NCBI GenBank assembly: GCA_013265495.1
Contig: MU058241.1
Location: 1,303,249-1,367,248, forward strand
Direction: 5' to 3'
Source of the DNA: Vicugna vicugna
Lineage: Eukaryota
Length of the DNA: 64,000 bases
Both the position numbers and the translations under genes were made by a program. This document shows positions 1-11,804 of this stretch, piece by piece. The notes beneath the pieces are model-generated. The model was not told where the DNA came from and made no database searches. It worked only from the letters and a program-made list of their open reading frames with translations. Position 1 is the stretch's first letter; each line of letters opens with the position of its first letter.

Positions 1-29
1 GGGGGCAGGATGGGGGTTAAAAAAAAAAG

Positions 30-252
30 CAGCTATCATGGCACATGAAAGGTCTATGAACCTCAAATTTCAGGCTCTGGACATCAAGTTTTATTGAACA
101 CAGCCACGCCTGTTCGTTTATGTGCTGCCTGCGGTTAATGCTGATCTCTAGCGACCAAGCTGAGTGGTTGTATCAGGGACCAAAGGGCCCCCAAAGACAA
201 AATATTCAAGATGTGGCCCTTTACAGAAAGCATTTGCTGATGTCTGGTCTAG
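30..252 (+). mobile_element. MER58(B)-like hAT-Charlie non-autonomous DNA transposon fragment
   Basis: Contains 'aagttttattgaacacagccacgcc...aaaatattcaagatgtggccctttacagaaagcatttgctga', matching the recalled MER58 3' half. Confidence 0.7.
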
Positions 253-547
253 AACTCTTGAATACTCTTGAAGGTTAGATTACGTTAAAAAAAAAAACCT
301 ACAAAGTCGTCTCATTTTACTCTTTAATATTTTATAACAAACATTTGAAGATGCTCAATAATAAATGTTTGGAGTAAAGGAAATCCCAAACCACTAGGAA
401 GTGACTAAGAAGGCAAAAGCCAAGAAGTTAAAATAACAGAAGAGAATACTTACAGTTTAAAACTGAGCTAACGAATCTACAATTGCAGAAAAAAAAAACT
501 AAGGAAAGCCCTGAGCTCGTGGTACACCTCAGAACAAGAGGAGGAAA

Positions 548-625
548 CTCTGTCTCTCTGGCTCTGTCTCTTTGTCTGGTCTGTCTGTCTGTCTCTGCCT
601 CTCTCTCTCAGTCTCTGTCTCTTAG
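548..625. repeat. (TC)n/(TCTG)n low-complexity simple repeat
   Basis: ctctgtctctctggctctgtctctttgtctggtctgtctgtctgtctctgcctctctctctcagtctctgtctc is seen directly. Confidence 0.85.
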
Positions 626-2689
626 GTCTCATGTGGATTTCTAGCAACACTTGCAAACCTACAGAATTACAAAGAACTGTGTGCCGACGAGTAAGCCTCA
701 TGAAATAGGTCTTTAATAGGAAACTGTACACATATGAATAGCTCCAAAGCTCAGGACCATGGCTGAAGTAGAGGGGGTGGTGCTAACTAAATAAAATCAG
801 ACTTCTTCCGGTTTAAAGCTCCTCGGACATAAGCCTAAGATGTTTTCTGTCTTTTCTGTTTTCCCTTAGGAAGTGCTTGGGGGAAATAATCCACATGTCT
901 GACATAGCCCCCAAATCTGAAATTACTCTGGAAAACCTTGTACCATGAACAATAGGAATCCCCGGCTTCTGTGATTTTCAGGGTGGGATGTCCACGATAC
1001 AAGTTAACGAAACCAAACTACTTTATAAAGAAAGGCCTTAAAATGAGGGCTCGAGAGAGGTAAGCATCCATTTTCAGTGACAGTTGGGGTTTTCACTTAA
1101 AACCAAATGATCTAAAGGAAAATGCTGGGGACCAAGTACCACTTTGGGAGATTTTAAATTCACAACATCAGGAAATCCATAGGACAGTAGTTCAACTCAA
1201 AGCTTCTTTTCTTGAACAAGTTATTTTATTAGTATTAAACAACAGCCTTGAGCGGGCAAAGAGGGAAAAAGGGTTAATGGAATCTATATTTCATCCTTTT
1301 TCTGCACAAACTAAACGGACGTTTCTCTGCCCCAAGAAGATGGTCAGACGCACCTTTACTCTGAAATAACCACTACAGTGACATCTTTCAGGACGCAAAA
1401 AGCCATGAGAAGCCTGAGTGTGTTATCCCTAACTCCACTCCTTTAACAAGATGACATGGATTGGCAAGGACAGGAACTCAGTTCTTGGAAATAAATAATT
1501 GATGGTTATAAATGAACAGAGAGTTCCCACTGCTGATCAGCAGAGAAAGACACCGCACACAGGTCCTCATTCAGAGTTCCCATGTCATTCTGGAGAAGAC
1601 TCGGCTTTTCTGAGTTGAGCAAAGCCCAGAGAAAAAAATATCCCGTAAACATATGACTGGATGAGAAACATGCTGACCGCTTAATGACAAGAGGATGGCA
1701 GAACGTCATTATGAAAAATCTGTTTGGAGAGCACACTCTCACCCCAAAGACCAAAAGGTGCCATCTTAAATGCCATACGTCACTATGGAGCAGAGGGCTT
1801 GCCAGGAAGTGATGCTTTCCCGTCTGATCTGAATGCGCATGTGTTCTTCTCTGAAAGTCACCCTGGGGGCTTTGCACACAGAGATGATTATATCTGTGTC
1901 ACAGCACCACCAAGGCATGCTCCAGCAGGACTGGAAATGCTGGAGAATAAATACGGCACCGTGGCCCCAAGGTAGAGCAGAAAGCATGCAGCAGAACCAA
2001 CAAAAGGCGACGTCGGGTCCCCAGCCCTGCAGGTCAAGCTGATTTGTCCCATGGCGCCACGCGGAGGAGGCCACCTGATTCAGTCCAAGGACACCATTCT
2101 GGCCCGTGCAGTGTCCAGTGTGGCCCTGTGGAAGAACATCCTGGGGCACTCCCTACCTTTACAAGACAGGTGCCGCTCGGCAAAGCCGAGTCATTTGTGT
2201 GAACATTACATTGATGTCATACTTTTGCAAATTTATTGAAAAAAATAAAAAACCCTTTTTGAAATTTTGTGATTCTACCACATGGTATCTGTCAATGTCA
2301 TTCAACGTATTAAGTAAATAAACCGTGGTGCGTGGTGTGATCTAATCCTATCACTAACAGCCAATCCATTTCAGTATAATGAACTGTAAAGTGAAAGCAC
2401 TATGTCTCATAATTCAGTATCAAATTATCAGTAATAGGTCCTGATAAAGTATGGAAGTGTGCCACGCTTGATAAGGATTCATTGCCAATTGGCTGCTCTA
2501 CCTACTTGACAGCATCTTGCTATTAACAGGCTAATTTTTACTCTTCACAAGGACTGGAGTGAACTCATGATGTCACACGTTTGTCTTATTGAGAAAATGC
2601 CACAAATGCGATTTTCTTAAGGGAAAAGAGTTGGTCTCCTTAAAGCAACTTTATTAAAGATTTAATTCAACACTTATTCATATATAGAC

Positions 2690-4208
2690 ACTTAGTGAAA
2701 TAGGAATAGAAGTAAACATCTTTACCTAATAAACTACTATAAACCTACAGTTCACAGCGAGGGCGAGAGAACAAATTCTATTCAATTTTGTACTGAAGAC
2801 CATATCCTATGTAATCAAACGCTAAATGCATACATAAATTAAAAGGAAAAAGATTGGATAGAAAAATGGATACCATGGTTTTTAGATGAAATGACTGCTC
2901 CATGGAAACCCCCAAATATGCCACAGATCAATTAGCAGATAAATACAAGAATTTAAAAGTTGGCTAGTCACAAGATCAATATAAAAGTTATACTGCATTT
3001 GAACTTACTAGAAACAACTCAGAAAAAATTTTATTTTTTTAAATTATGGTTTCTCATAAGAGATATGGCATTTAATAATAAAATTAAAACAAATATACAA
3101 GAAGTGCGTGGAGAAGCACATTAAGGAAACACTAATACATTCTATGGTCAATTAAAACTGTTGGTTCAAAAGCAGAGAAACCTGTCCAGAGAAATACTGG
3201 TAGATGTATGCAGACACGATCTAACACAGAGGTAGCACGGCATATCCTCCACTGACAGATGGACTCATCAATCAATGGCATGGAATAATTAGTGACCGAT
3301 AGAAAAAATAAAGAGCCCAAACCTTACCTGTGAACAAAATTCGTTACTGATAGGTTAAGGACATGAAAGTAAAAGAGACACCTGAAGAAACTTTCTAAGA
3401 AAATATAATGTAATTTTTTCCTGGGTAGAACAGATAGTTTCTTAAGACACAAAAAAGAATAAATTATAAATAAACGGACTTAAAAATTCAATCACATTAA
3501 TATTAAGGATCTCTGCTCATTAAAGGCACAATAAAGAAAGCACGGGAGAGGGGAAAACTACAAAGAGTGTATTTCTGATTCCAATAATTTATAGTAGGCA
3601 AGTCACTGAAACATTAAGTTCCTTAAATGGGTTGGGAGGGTACACCTGAGTGGTACAGTGTGTGGTCGGGGTGCACAAAGTCCTGGGTTCAATCCCCAGT
3701 AACTCCATTAAGAGAAAAAAGCAAACCAAGCCAAAATAAACCAACAGAAAACCAATTCTTAAAATCAAGAAGAAAACAACACACAATTTAGTATAAAAGT
3801 GGACAAAACATATGAGTTCTCACAAATAAGAAAACAAGACTATCTCATTAATATATAAACAGGTGCCCAAAATAATCAAGAAAATCCAAATTAAGACTGC
3901 AAACATATCCTTTTCATAGCTACAAGATGGATAAAATGAAGAAGACTGAAAAGTCTGAATGGTAGGAAGCTTCCAGTGGAACTCCTACTATGATGCTGGG
4001 CCACTTTGGGTGCAAACTGGCAAAACTACTTAGAAGCAACTTGTCTCTGACTTTTAAAGCCAAATAGGAACACATTAGCAGCTCAGCAAGCCGACTGCCA
4101 AGAGGAACAAGCCTCATATCAATGTTTGGACGTGCACCCCAGAAGAGTCAGAATGTTGAAAGCAGCACTGTTTATAATACCAAAAATACAGAAAGCCTCA
4201 GTGGCAAT
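2690..4208 (+). mobile_element. Old, heavily decayed L1M (ORF2/3' region) fragments
   Basis: A-rich sequence with degenerate L1 ORF2/3' motifs such as 'ggtgcaaactggcaaaactacttagaagcaacttg' and 'agaatgttgaaagcagcactgtttataatac'. It is interrupted by a SINE and an LTR and resumes at about 4717. Confidence 0.65.
3634..3755 (+). mobile_element. tRNA-Ala-derived SINE (camelid Vic-1-like), diverged
   Basis: gggagggtacacctgagtggtacag...gtcctgggttcaatccccagtaactcca followed by an A-rich tail. The B box GGTTCAATCC is intact. Confidence 0.85.
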
Positions 4209-4716
4209 TGTCAGTGGAAATGATAAATCTATACTAGGAATGGTAAAGAGCTTTGTTGAGCCCAGCTGTGAACTAGAGCCCAGAAGACAGCCTCTCAGAG
4301 AGCTCTGAGCAACTGCTCCAGAGAAGCATGGTTTTCAACACAGTTTTATATCTTGTCTGAACAGAGAACATCAAATATGACAGGGGTACATTTCTTCAAG
4401 TTTCAAAAAGACAAATTAGCCCATACACAGCAGATCAGTACGGCCTTGGCTCTTGGGAAGACGGCCTGATCATCAAAGGAGTGCAAGCATTCATGCCCCA
4501 GGAAGGGAGGCATTTCATCCTTCTCTAGCTTCAAAATGGACATTCTTTACTTCTGGACAAGGCAGAATTTCCTTTACCAGTTAGAGCACATGCACAATGT
4601 ATGTCTGATAGACCTCAAGACAGGCTGTTTTACTGAGCATAAAATTCAAACCAAATCACGATTAAGCCAGAATGACTTCCCTCTATCTCAATATGTGAAC
4701 ATTTCTTCCTTTAACA
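4209..4716 (-). mobile_element. ERV1-class solo LTR (MER41-like) inserted in old L1
   Basis: TG...CA ends (tgtcag...ttaaca) and the motif 'agacagcctctcagagagctctgagcaactgctccagaga' typical of MER41-like LTRs. The L1 sequence resumes immediately after. Confidence 0.65.
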
Positions 4717-5175
4717 GGAATAGGATAAACAAATTATGATACACGCACACAATGCAGTATCTTACAGCAACGAAAATAAGTGAACTATCACTACGTAAGC
4801 AAAATTGGCAAGTTTAAGACGACCAAGTGCAAAAAGAGAACCAAAGTACATCCAACAGGCTATTTTCACCACGTTCAGAAGCAAGGAAACTAACTGATTG
4901 TTTAGTTTTACATACACATCCTGATGAAACGGTCAGGAAAATGGAGTAAATAATGAGCAGAGAATTTTGTGTGAGCGGTGATTCTAGCGTGGAGTAGAGA
5001 TGGAGGGATGGTGTACTGAAGGACTGCCCGAGTATATGCAATTGTGCATGAGAACAGTGGTCACGTCCTCTTTCTCAGGTTGGGTAGCATGTGACTTATC
5101 TCTGTGTCTTAGCATACACATACACATGCGTGCAGACACACACGAGCGTACCAAATATTATACAAAAATAAAAAG
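4717..5175 (+). mobile_element. Continuation of old L1M 3' end
   Basis: 'ggataaacaaattatgatacacgcacacaatgcagtatcttacagcaacgaaaataagtgaacta' resembles the decayed L1 3' UTR start. Confidence 0.6.
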
Positions 5176-5205
5176 TACTGAAATGCCAAAAAGATGGCAA
5201 GAAAC

Positions 5206-5778
5206 TGCAGGGAGGAAGACACTTTCCTCAACCCTTCTGAATTCTTCTGGCTGGTCTAAGAATTAAATTGATATGAGACAGATGAACAGGAGAAAAATCA
5301 AACAAAAGTTTAGTAACATGTATACATGGGAGAGAGCCAGGGACACTGAGTCACTCACTAAAATGACCAAACACCTCACCTTAAATACGATCTCCAGCTA
5401 AAAGACAAAAGAGGATGTGGGGGTAGTGGTTTGGGGTTTGGGACTTCAAAGGGGAGGAAGGTAGTTCACACAAAGATGGAGAAGCAAATGTTTGTACACA
5501 AATGTCTGCTTGGCCAGGCACAGACAGTGGGACACAGAGAGGAAGTATTTTAACAAACAGACCTGCTGGGTTCCTCCCTGTCTGCACTCCTGGATCACAG
5601 GACAGCTACCTGGGATGATGCTCCCTTCCTGGAACAGGTCCTCCATCTACATTCTTTTAGATAGTTAGGAAGAAGGTCAAAGTTCCTTCCTGAGTCTTTT
5701 GAGCCTTGATTGCTTTCAGCTCCAAATAATCAGTATGCTAAAGAGACATTCCAGGGTGGCAAGTTTTGCTCCCCTACA
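5206..5778 (-). mobile_element. ERV1-class solo LTR (MER34/MER39-like)
   Basis: Starts tgcagggaggaagacactttcctcaacccttctgaattc and ends ...cagctccaaataatcagtatgctaaagagacattccagggtggcaagttttgctcccctaca, the reverse complement of MER34-type termini. Confidence 0.75.
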
Positions 5779-5969
5779 GAGAAATCTAAGTAAATGCACT
5801 ATAGACAACAATAGCCCATGACAACAACGCTGACTTTATTTTCAGTGCCTTGAATTTCCTAGTTTAGCCTCCTGCCAGTCAAGCTGCTAGAAGTTAGCCT
5901 GTCTCAAGGTGTCCCTGAGCTGTTTCTGTGAGACTCCCAGGTGACCACTCAGGTGTCCTCAAGAACAGG

Positions 5970-6435
5970 ACATGGAGATCGTCATTCTAAGTGAACTAAG
6001 CCAGAAAGAGAAAGAAAAACGCCGTATGATACCACTCATATGTGGAATCTAAAAAAAAAAAAGAAAAAAGAATAGAAAAGAAAAGAAAAAAGAGGACACT
6101 AATGAACTCATGTACAAAAGAAAGAGACTCACAGACGTAGTAAACAATGTCATGGTTACCAGAGAAAGGGGGTGGGAAGGGATAAGTTTGGGAGTTTGAT
6201 ATTTGCAAATGTTAACCACTATATATAAAAATAGACAAAAAAAATACTGTTCTGTACAGCACAGGGAACTATAGTCAGTATAGCAGTAACCTTTAATAAT
6301 AACCTTGTAATAACCTTTAACGAAAAAATATGAAAACGAATATATGTATGCATATGTATAACTGGGACATTACGCTGTACACCAGAAATGGACACATTGT
6401 AACTGATTGTACTTCAATTAACAACAAAAGCAACA
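5970..6435 (+). mobile_element. 5'-truncated L1 3' end (cetartiodactyl/camelid type)
   Basis: gagatcgtcattctaagtgaactaagccagaaagagaaag...ctgtacagcacagggaactata...aactgattgtacttcaatt plus tail. Near-TSD aagaacagg (5961-5969) and aaaaacagg (6436-6444). Confidence 0.92.
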
Positions 6436-7246
6436 AAAAACAGGCTTTCCAGTTTTCCTAGTTACCATCTTCTGTTGCATAAGGACACATGAATTAAAAC
6501 CCTCACATATATGCTACAGAGGAAGAGAAGTTCCTTTCAATCCATTTCAGTCTTAATATTCTGAAATGGAGTCCTGCAGAATCTTGTAGAACTGTCCCTG
6601 GTGGAAATCCTGAAGAATGCATTGACAGTCATCTATCTCCCTGAAAGAGCTACAAGCAAAATAAAGATGAATAAGCAAAATCTGAGGGTTCAAAACTGCC
6701 ATTTTTCCCCCATAACTGTTTTAAGACCCTCAAATCCATGGTGCACATTGATTTAATACATTTAGAGTGCACACCACATGCTGTGCACTACACATGAGGA
6801 AAAGCACCGAGGAAGTAAGATGGGCAGGACTGTGTCTCCCTCGATCCTAACAAAACCGCTGGAGAGCCCCCATGGGGGGATTTAAGGCAGAAAACAGAGC
6901 GCAAAAGCAAAGGTACTGATCCGATGCTAAAGAAACTCAAGTGCAGAAGGGTGTTTATAAATAAGGCACTGAAGTGGGATCCCATATGGTGGAGGAGACA
7001 GGAACAACTCAGGACAATAGTTGTTACGTAACCAAGAGCTCCGGGCAGCCGTACAAGACGGTGCAGAACGTGTGCGATCTAGCCTGCAAGAAAGACAGGG
7101 AGAGCCTTGTGCAACACAGGACATCAAATTGAGTGGGTCTCTACAGAAAACACTGATTTTATTGGCCATCATTTTGACAATGTACAACTTTTTAAAATTT
7201 TAATCTTTGTACACACTTCTAAATTTTAGAATAGTTTTAGATTTAT

Positions 7247-8356
7247 AGAAAAACTGCAAAGAGCAGAGAGTTCCCAGGAACCTCACATTCAATTTCCCAT
7301 TAATAACTGATTAACTGTGACATTGATCACAATTAATAACCAATGGAGACACGTGATCATTAACCCAAGCCCATGTTTTTTTTCCCCCAGATTTCCCTCA
7401 TTTTCACCCTCATGCCCTATCCAGGAGACATGAGATTTAGCTGTCATGTCTCTTTAGCTGTGAGAGTTTCTCCATCTCTTCTTGTTTTTCACATCTCGAC
7501 AGCTGTAACACACACTGGGCAGGTGTTTTGGAGAATGTCTGGTAATTTGAGTTTGTCTGATTTTTTTCTTGAGATTGGACAAGGGTTACAGGCTTTGGAG
7601 AAGAACACCCAGAGCTAAAGGGCCTTTTTCTTCATGTCACGTCAAAGGTACATGACGTGACTGTTGATGACGTTGGGGTGGCCCACCTGTCATCCCAAAC
7701 TGCCATCATGGCATACTGAGTATTTTGTATTAAAGTTACACTATTGAAACAATCAATACAAGAGGGGTCATGAACCCTCCTCTCTGTCTGACTGAAAGCA
7801 GAGAAAAACTGCAAAGAGCAGAGAGTTCCCAGGAACCTCACATTCAATTTCCCATTAATAACTGATTAACTGTGACATTGATCACAATTAATAACCAATG
7901 GAGACACGTGATCATTAACCCAAGCCCATGTTTTTTTTCCCCCAGATTTCCCTCATTTTCACCCTCATGCCCTATCCAGGAGACATGAGATTTAGCTGTC
8001 ATGTCTCTTTAGCTGTGAGAGTTTCTCCATCTCTTCTTGTTTTTCACATCTCGACAGCTGTAACACACACTGGGCAGGTGTTTTGGAGAATGTCTGGTAA
8101 TTTGAGTTTGTCTGATTTTTTTCTTGAGATTAGACAAGGGTTACAGGCTTTGGAGAAGAACACCCAGAGCTAAAGGGCCTTTTTCTTCATGTCACGTCAA
8201 AGGTACATGACGTGACTGTTGATGACGTTGGGGTGGCCCACCTGTCATCCCAAACTGCCATCATGGCATACTGAGTATTTTGTATTAAAGTTACACTATT
8301 GAAACAATCAATACAAGAGGGGTCATGAACCCTCCTCTCTGTCTGACTGAAAGCAG
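7247..8356. repeat. Near-perfect tandem duplication, 2 x 555 bp
   Basis: 7247-7801 equals 7802-8356 except G7577/A8132 by eye. The ORF track shows two 81-aa ORFs exactly 555 bp apart that differ by one residue (G/R). Confidence 0.97.
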
Positions 8357-8746
8357 AAGATAAAGGTGCCCTCTTTGCATCTGGAAGTAAGACACCCTTA
8401 TCTCCAGAGATAGGGAACTCAGGCCCAAGAAATCCGTATAAACAAACATTGTTACTTCTTTAGTTTACTGTCCCAAGCCCAAATTCTGTTTAAATTCCTC
8501 ACCAACTGAGCACCCAAAACCCAAGTTTCTTAGTTCTATCAATTACAAATGCATTGTTTCCTTGTCTAAAAAGTGTAAAAAGTTGCCTGCTTTGGCCACT
8601 TCTTAGATCCCATTTCTCTGAGAACTTCTTGTGCACAAATTGAAATGAATTTTTTTTCCTGTTAACCTATTGTGTGTCAATTGTATCATTAGTCCAGGCA
8701 CAAGAATTCAAGACGGGTTGAGGCGGAAATCTCCCCCTCTCCGATA
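8226..8746 (+). mobile_element. ERV1-class solo LTR (MER34/MER39-like) with 4-bp TSD
   Basis: cgttggggtggccc...aagaattcaagacgggttgaggcggaaatctccccctctccgata is flanked by atga (8222-8225 and 8747-8750). Its first 131 bp are also present at 7671-7801 through the duplication. Confidence 0.8.
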
Positions 8747-9505
8747 ATGACCTGGTTACCTGGCTGAGGTCATGGCTGTCAGTTTCTCCATGGTAAAGTC
8801 ACTGTTTCCACCTCCTTCCACACTGTCCTCCACGGAAGGAAGTCACACTTAAGGAGTGACGAGCTATTTCTGGAGTGAAGGCACAGGAACTACATAAATT
8901 ACTTGGAATTGTTCTGAATAGAAGATTTTACTTTCTCCCCCATTTATTTACTCAGTTACTATTTGAACAACTTACTAGTTTATATCAATTACATATATTA
9001 ATTTGAATCAATAATTTGTTGTGTGACCCTGTCATCACCTAGGCATGGCAAAGTCACATCTGGCACAAGGCACTCATTATCTCCTTGTCTTTGACTTACA
9101 AGGTGTAAGAGTAAAGTGTTCCATGAATACTAATGTTAAAGACCTCAAGCTTTTTTAAAATGACAAATGTGAACAAATTTTTATATAGATACATAAAATA
9201 ATTCATTTCTGTGCTGTTTTGTTAGAGCTTAATATTCGGGACAAATGTTTTAGACCTCCTACTTCACGTCCCATCTGAAATCTGTGCCATTCCAGGGAAA
9301 TTTATTATGAACACATGAATCACTGATGGGCTGTGTGGACACTGGTATGTCTTCTTTTGAATAATAACCTCTTGGATAATATGTTGTTTTAAAATATTTT
9401 AGCATACTACATAAAAAAAAGTTTGTTGTGTGAATATAGACTGACCACATACAATTTTAATACTTAAAATGTTGACTCCCCATAAAAAAAAATACGGGCC
9501 ACATG

Positions 9506-9891
9506 TGGGCCGGAAAGAGAAAGATATGATACGATATTATATGTGGAATCTTAAAAAAAAAAAAAGACACAAATGAACAACTTATTATTTATAACTTACA
9601 TGACTGACTTCTTGAATATGTGTAAGCACATCTGACTGTCCTTTATGACTGGATTACTGCATTCTGTTGATTCTTATTTGGGGATTGGCTTTATTCCTTT
9701 GATAACTGTCAGTTTAAAAGCTAAAGCTCTAATCTGTTCTTAGAAACAATGATAAGGACATATATGTAACTAAGAAAGAGTGCAGTGTATCATCTATATG
9801 TATTTACATGGAATATAATGTATATGTGCAGTCAAACTGTAATGATTCTACCTAATTAAACTGAACAAGGAAACAAAACCACAACAACAAG
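9506..9891 (+). mobile_element. TSD-flanked retroposed insert: ~80 bp L1 3'UTR piece, ~280 bp non-L1 sequence and an A-rich tail
   Basis: Exact 18-bp direct repeat aaaaatacgggccacatg at 9488-9505 and 9892-9909. ATTAAA at 9855-9860 precedes the tail aacaaggaaacaaaaccacaacaacaag. Confidence 0.8.
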
Positions 9892-9929
9892 AAAAATACG
9901 GGCCACATGCCTTTGCAACCTAATCCTTC

Positions 9930-9964
9930 AAAACAAACAAACAAAAAACAAACAAACAAAAAAA
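9930..9964. repeat. (AAAC)n microsatellite
   Basis: aaaacaaacaaacaaaaaacaaacaaacaaaaaaa is seen directly. Confidence 0.85.
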
Positions 9965-11804
9965 CCCCTGATACTATGCAGGTAGATTGTATTGCCTGTG
10001 GTATTTCCTGGGCTATTGAGTTACCTTTGGCTTGAATAAGCTCACGTGTGCATATGATTGAAACAATCTCATTCCACACGTAAAAGCACATCCCGTGAAG
10101 AGTGAACACCTTACTCATTCTTCCAGAATTTCCAAGTTTCAGATTTCCAAGTTTCTAACTTAGCAAAGATGCTCTCTGAAAGGTGCCACTGAACAGTTCT
10201 GTAAATTGAGTTTGTGAACTTGACCCAGAGTTCCTCCAAAGAATTAGGTTTTGATGAATGAACAATAATATTAAGGCATTTGCATCAGTCCTCTGCGCAC
10301 CTAAAAATGATTAAAAGTTAACATTGCACATGGCCTTTCTGACTCCCCTTCTAAATGGGATGTGGTTAAAATGCAGTATTTCCCCAGCATGGATCTGAGA
10401 AAACAAGGGGCCTTTGTTTCACTCTGATGTGGAGGGTAGCTAAGACTCCTTTAGCAAGTAAACCATTAGGGAGATGGAAAGTAGCTCCCAGAGCATCGAG
10501 TGTTTATGCTAGATACTTGGAGATGTGTTGCAAAAGATTATTTCTGAATCCAAGCTATGCATTTTTAAAGGTCACTTCAGGAAAGAAATCAGTGTGTAAG
10601 CTCTGCTGATATATATATAATCATTCAGAAATGACTGTGTTTTCAAAGCTCTGTAATTGTGATATTTTAAAACTAGCCAGATCTCTCCTAAGACCAATAG
10701 GAGCCAGACAATTTCATTTTGATAAAACTCTCCAGCAAAAATATGGTTTTAATAATGCAACCTTCAGCGCTCACTCTGCTACTTAGCACTGCAGCGTTTC
10801 GATCACAAAGACGGCATGGGAGCGGCGGTGCCCGGCGCTGGCTGGAAGACAGAGCTAATGGGAGGGGACTTACACCTCAGTTCTCAGCCCAAGAGGAACC
10901 ATTCCTGTGGGCACCTCGAGTGAGGGTCACCTTTCTTCCGCTGGAACCGAAGAATCCAACCGAACGTTGAAGTCTCTCCAAGCTCTCACAGAAGCATGAC
11001 CTCAATGCCAGCTTTCCTTTCCCAGCTTTATGGAAAAAGCAACGTGTTGGTCCCCACTTAGGACACCTGCGTCATCTCAGGCTGAGACTGGGAACCTACA
11101 TCCCACTCTGGTCTTTTCCACTGGAGAAGGTGCTCATGCTGTTCTCAGATGTGCAAAGAAAACATCTCCTTTGTTGGCTGGAAAGTAAATCAGGACTTTC
11201 TCTCCTCATGAAGAGCGGGAGATGATCACAAACTTTCAACCCATCAGTTCAGACCAGGACCGTTTCCTCAGTTTAGTCTCTTGAATGTCTTGGTCTCCTG
11301 GTCAATGCTCCACCTTGCCAAATCCATGGCCCCATGTTTCTCTCTCAGATGACAACCATGTGTGCAAGCAAACTACCACGATCTCTCTGAGCTGGGGTGA
11401 GGGGGCCTTAGAGCCACATGGAAGCCCTGAATCCTCACTCTTCCCTGCTTGAGAAGGTCCTGTGTGGTCCTGTTCCTGGACTCAGTGAGATCTGTCCTGT
11501 CTAACCTTCAGGGAGGATGTGCCTGGGAGCCCACAGTCCCAGCCATGTGTGTCCCTGGTCTCCAAGTCTGTACACGGCAACCTTCCTGTCCTCTCTCCAG
11601 CCTGTTGGCCCTCAGGCCTTCTCAGGACATCCATAATTCCTCATTCAAGGACATGTAAAGTTTCACATCCCCTACATGTCACATAAAGTCTCAGGAAAGC
11701 CACAAGCCTCACCCCCATCTTCTCAAGACATATGCCTCAGAAAGTATCTCCCCGCCCTTCCCAGACCATCACAGAACATTAGCCATTCCAAGAACTGGCT
11801 TTCT

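Larger units (their letters stand above)
7225..8960 (-). mobile_element. Old L1MC-like 3' end, interrupted by an LTR and partly duplicated
   Basis: 'ttttagatttatagaaaaactgcaaagagcagagagttccc...ttagctgtcatgtctctttag...' and, after the LTR, 'cacactgtcctccacggaaggaagtcac...ctacataaattacttggaatt' resemble L1MC 3' UTR in antisense. Confidence 0.75.

Noticed and set aside
7373..8173. Duplicated 81-aa ORFs as a paralogous gene pair
   Set aside because: They are chance ORFs on the antisense of an old L1MC 3'UTR, copied by the 555-bp duplication.
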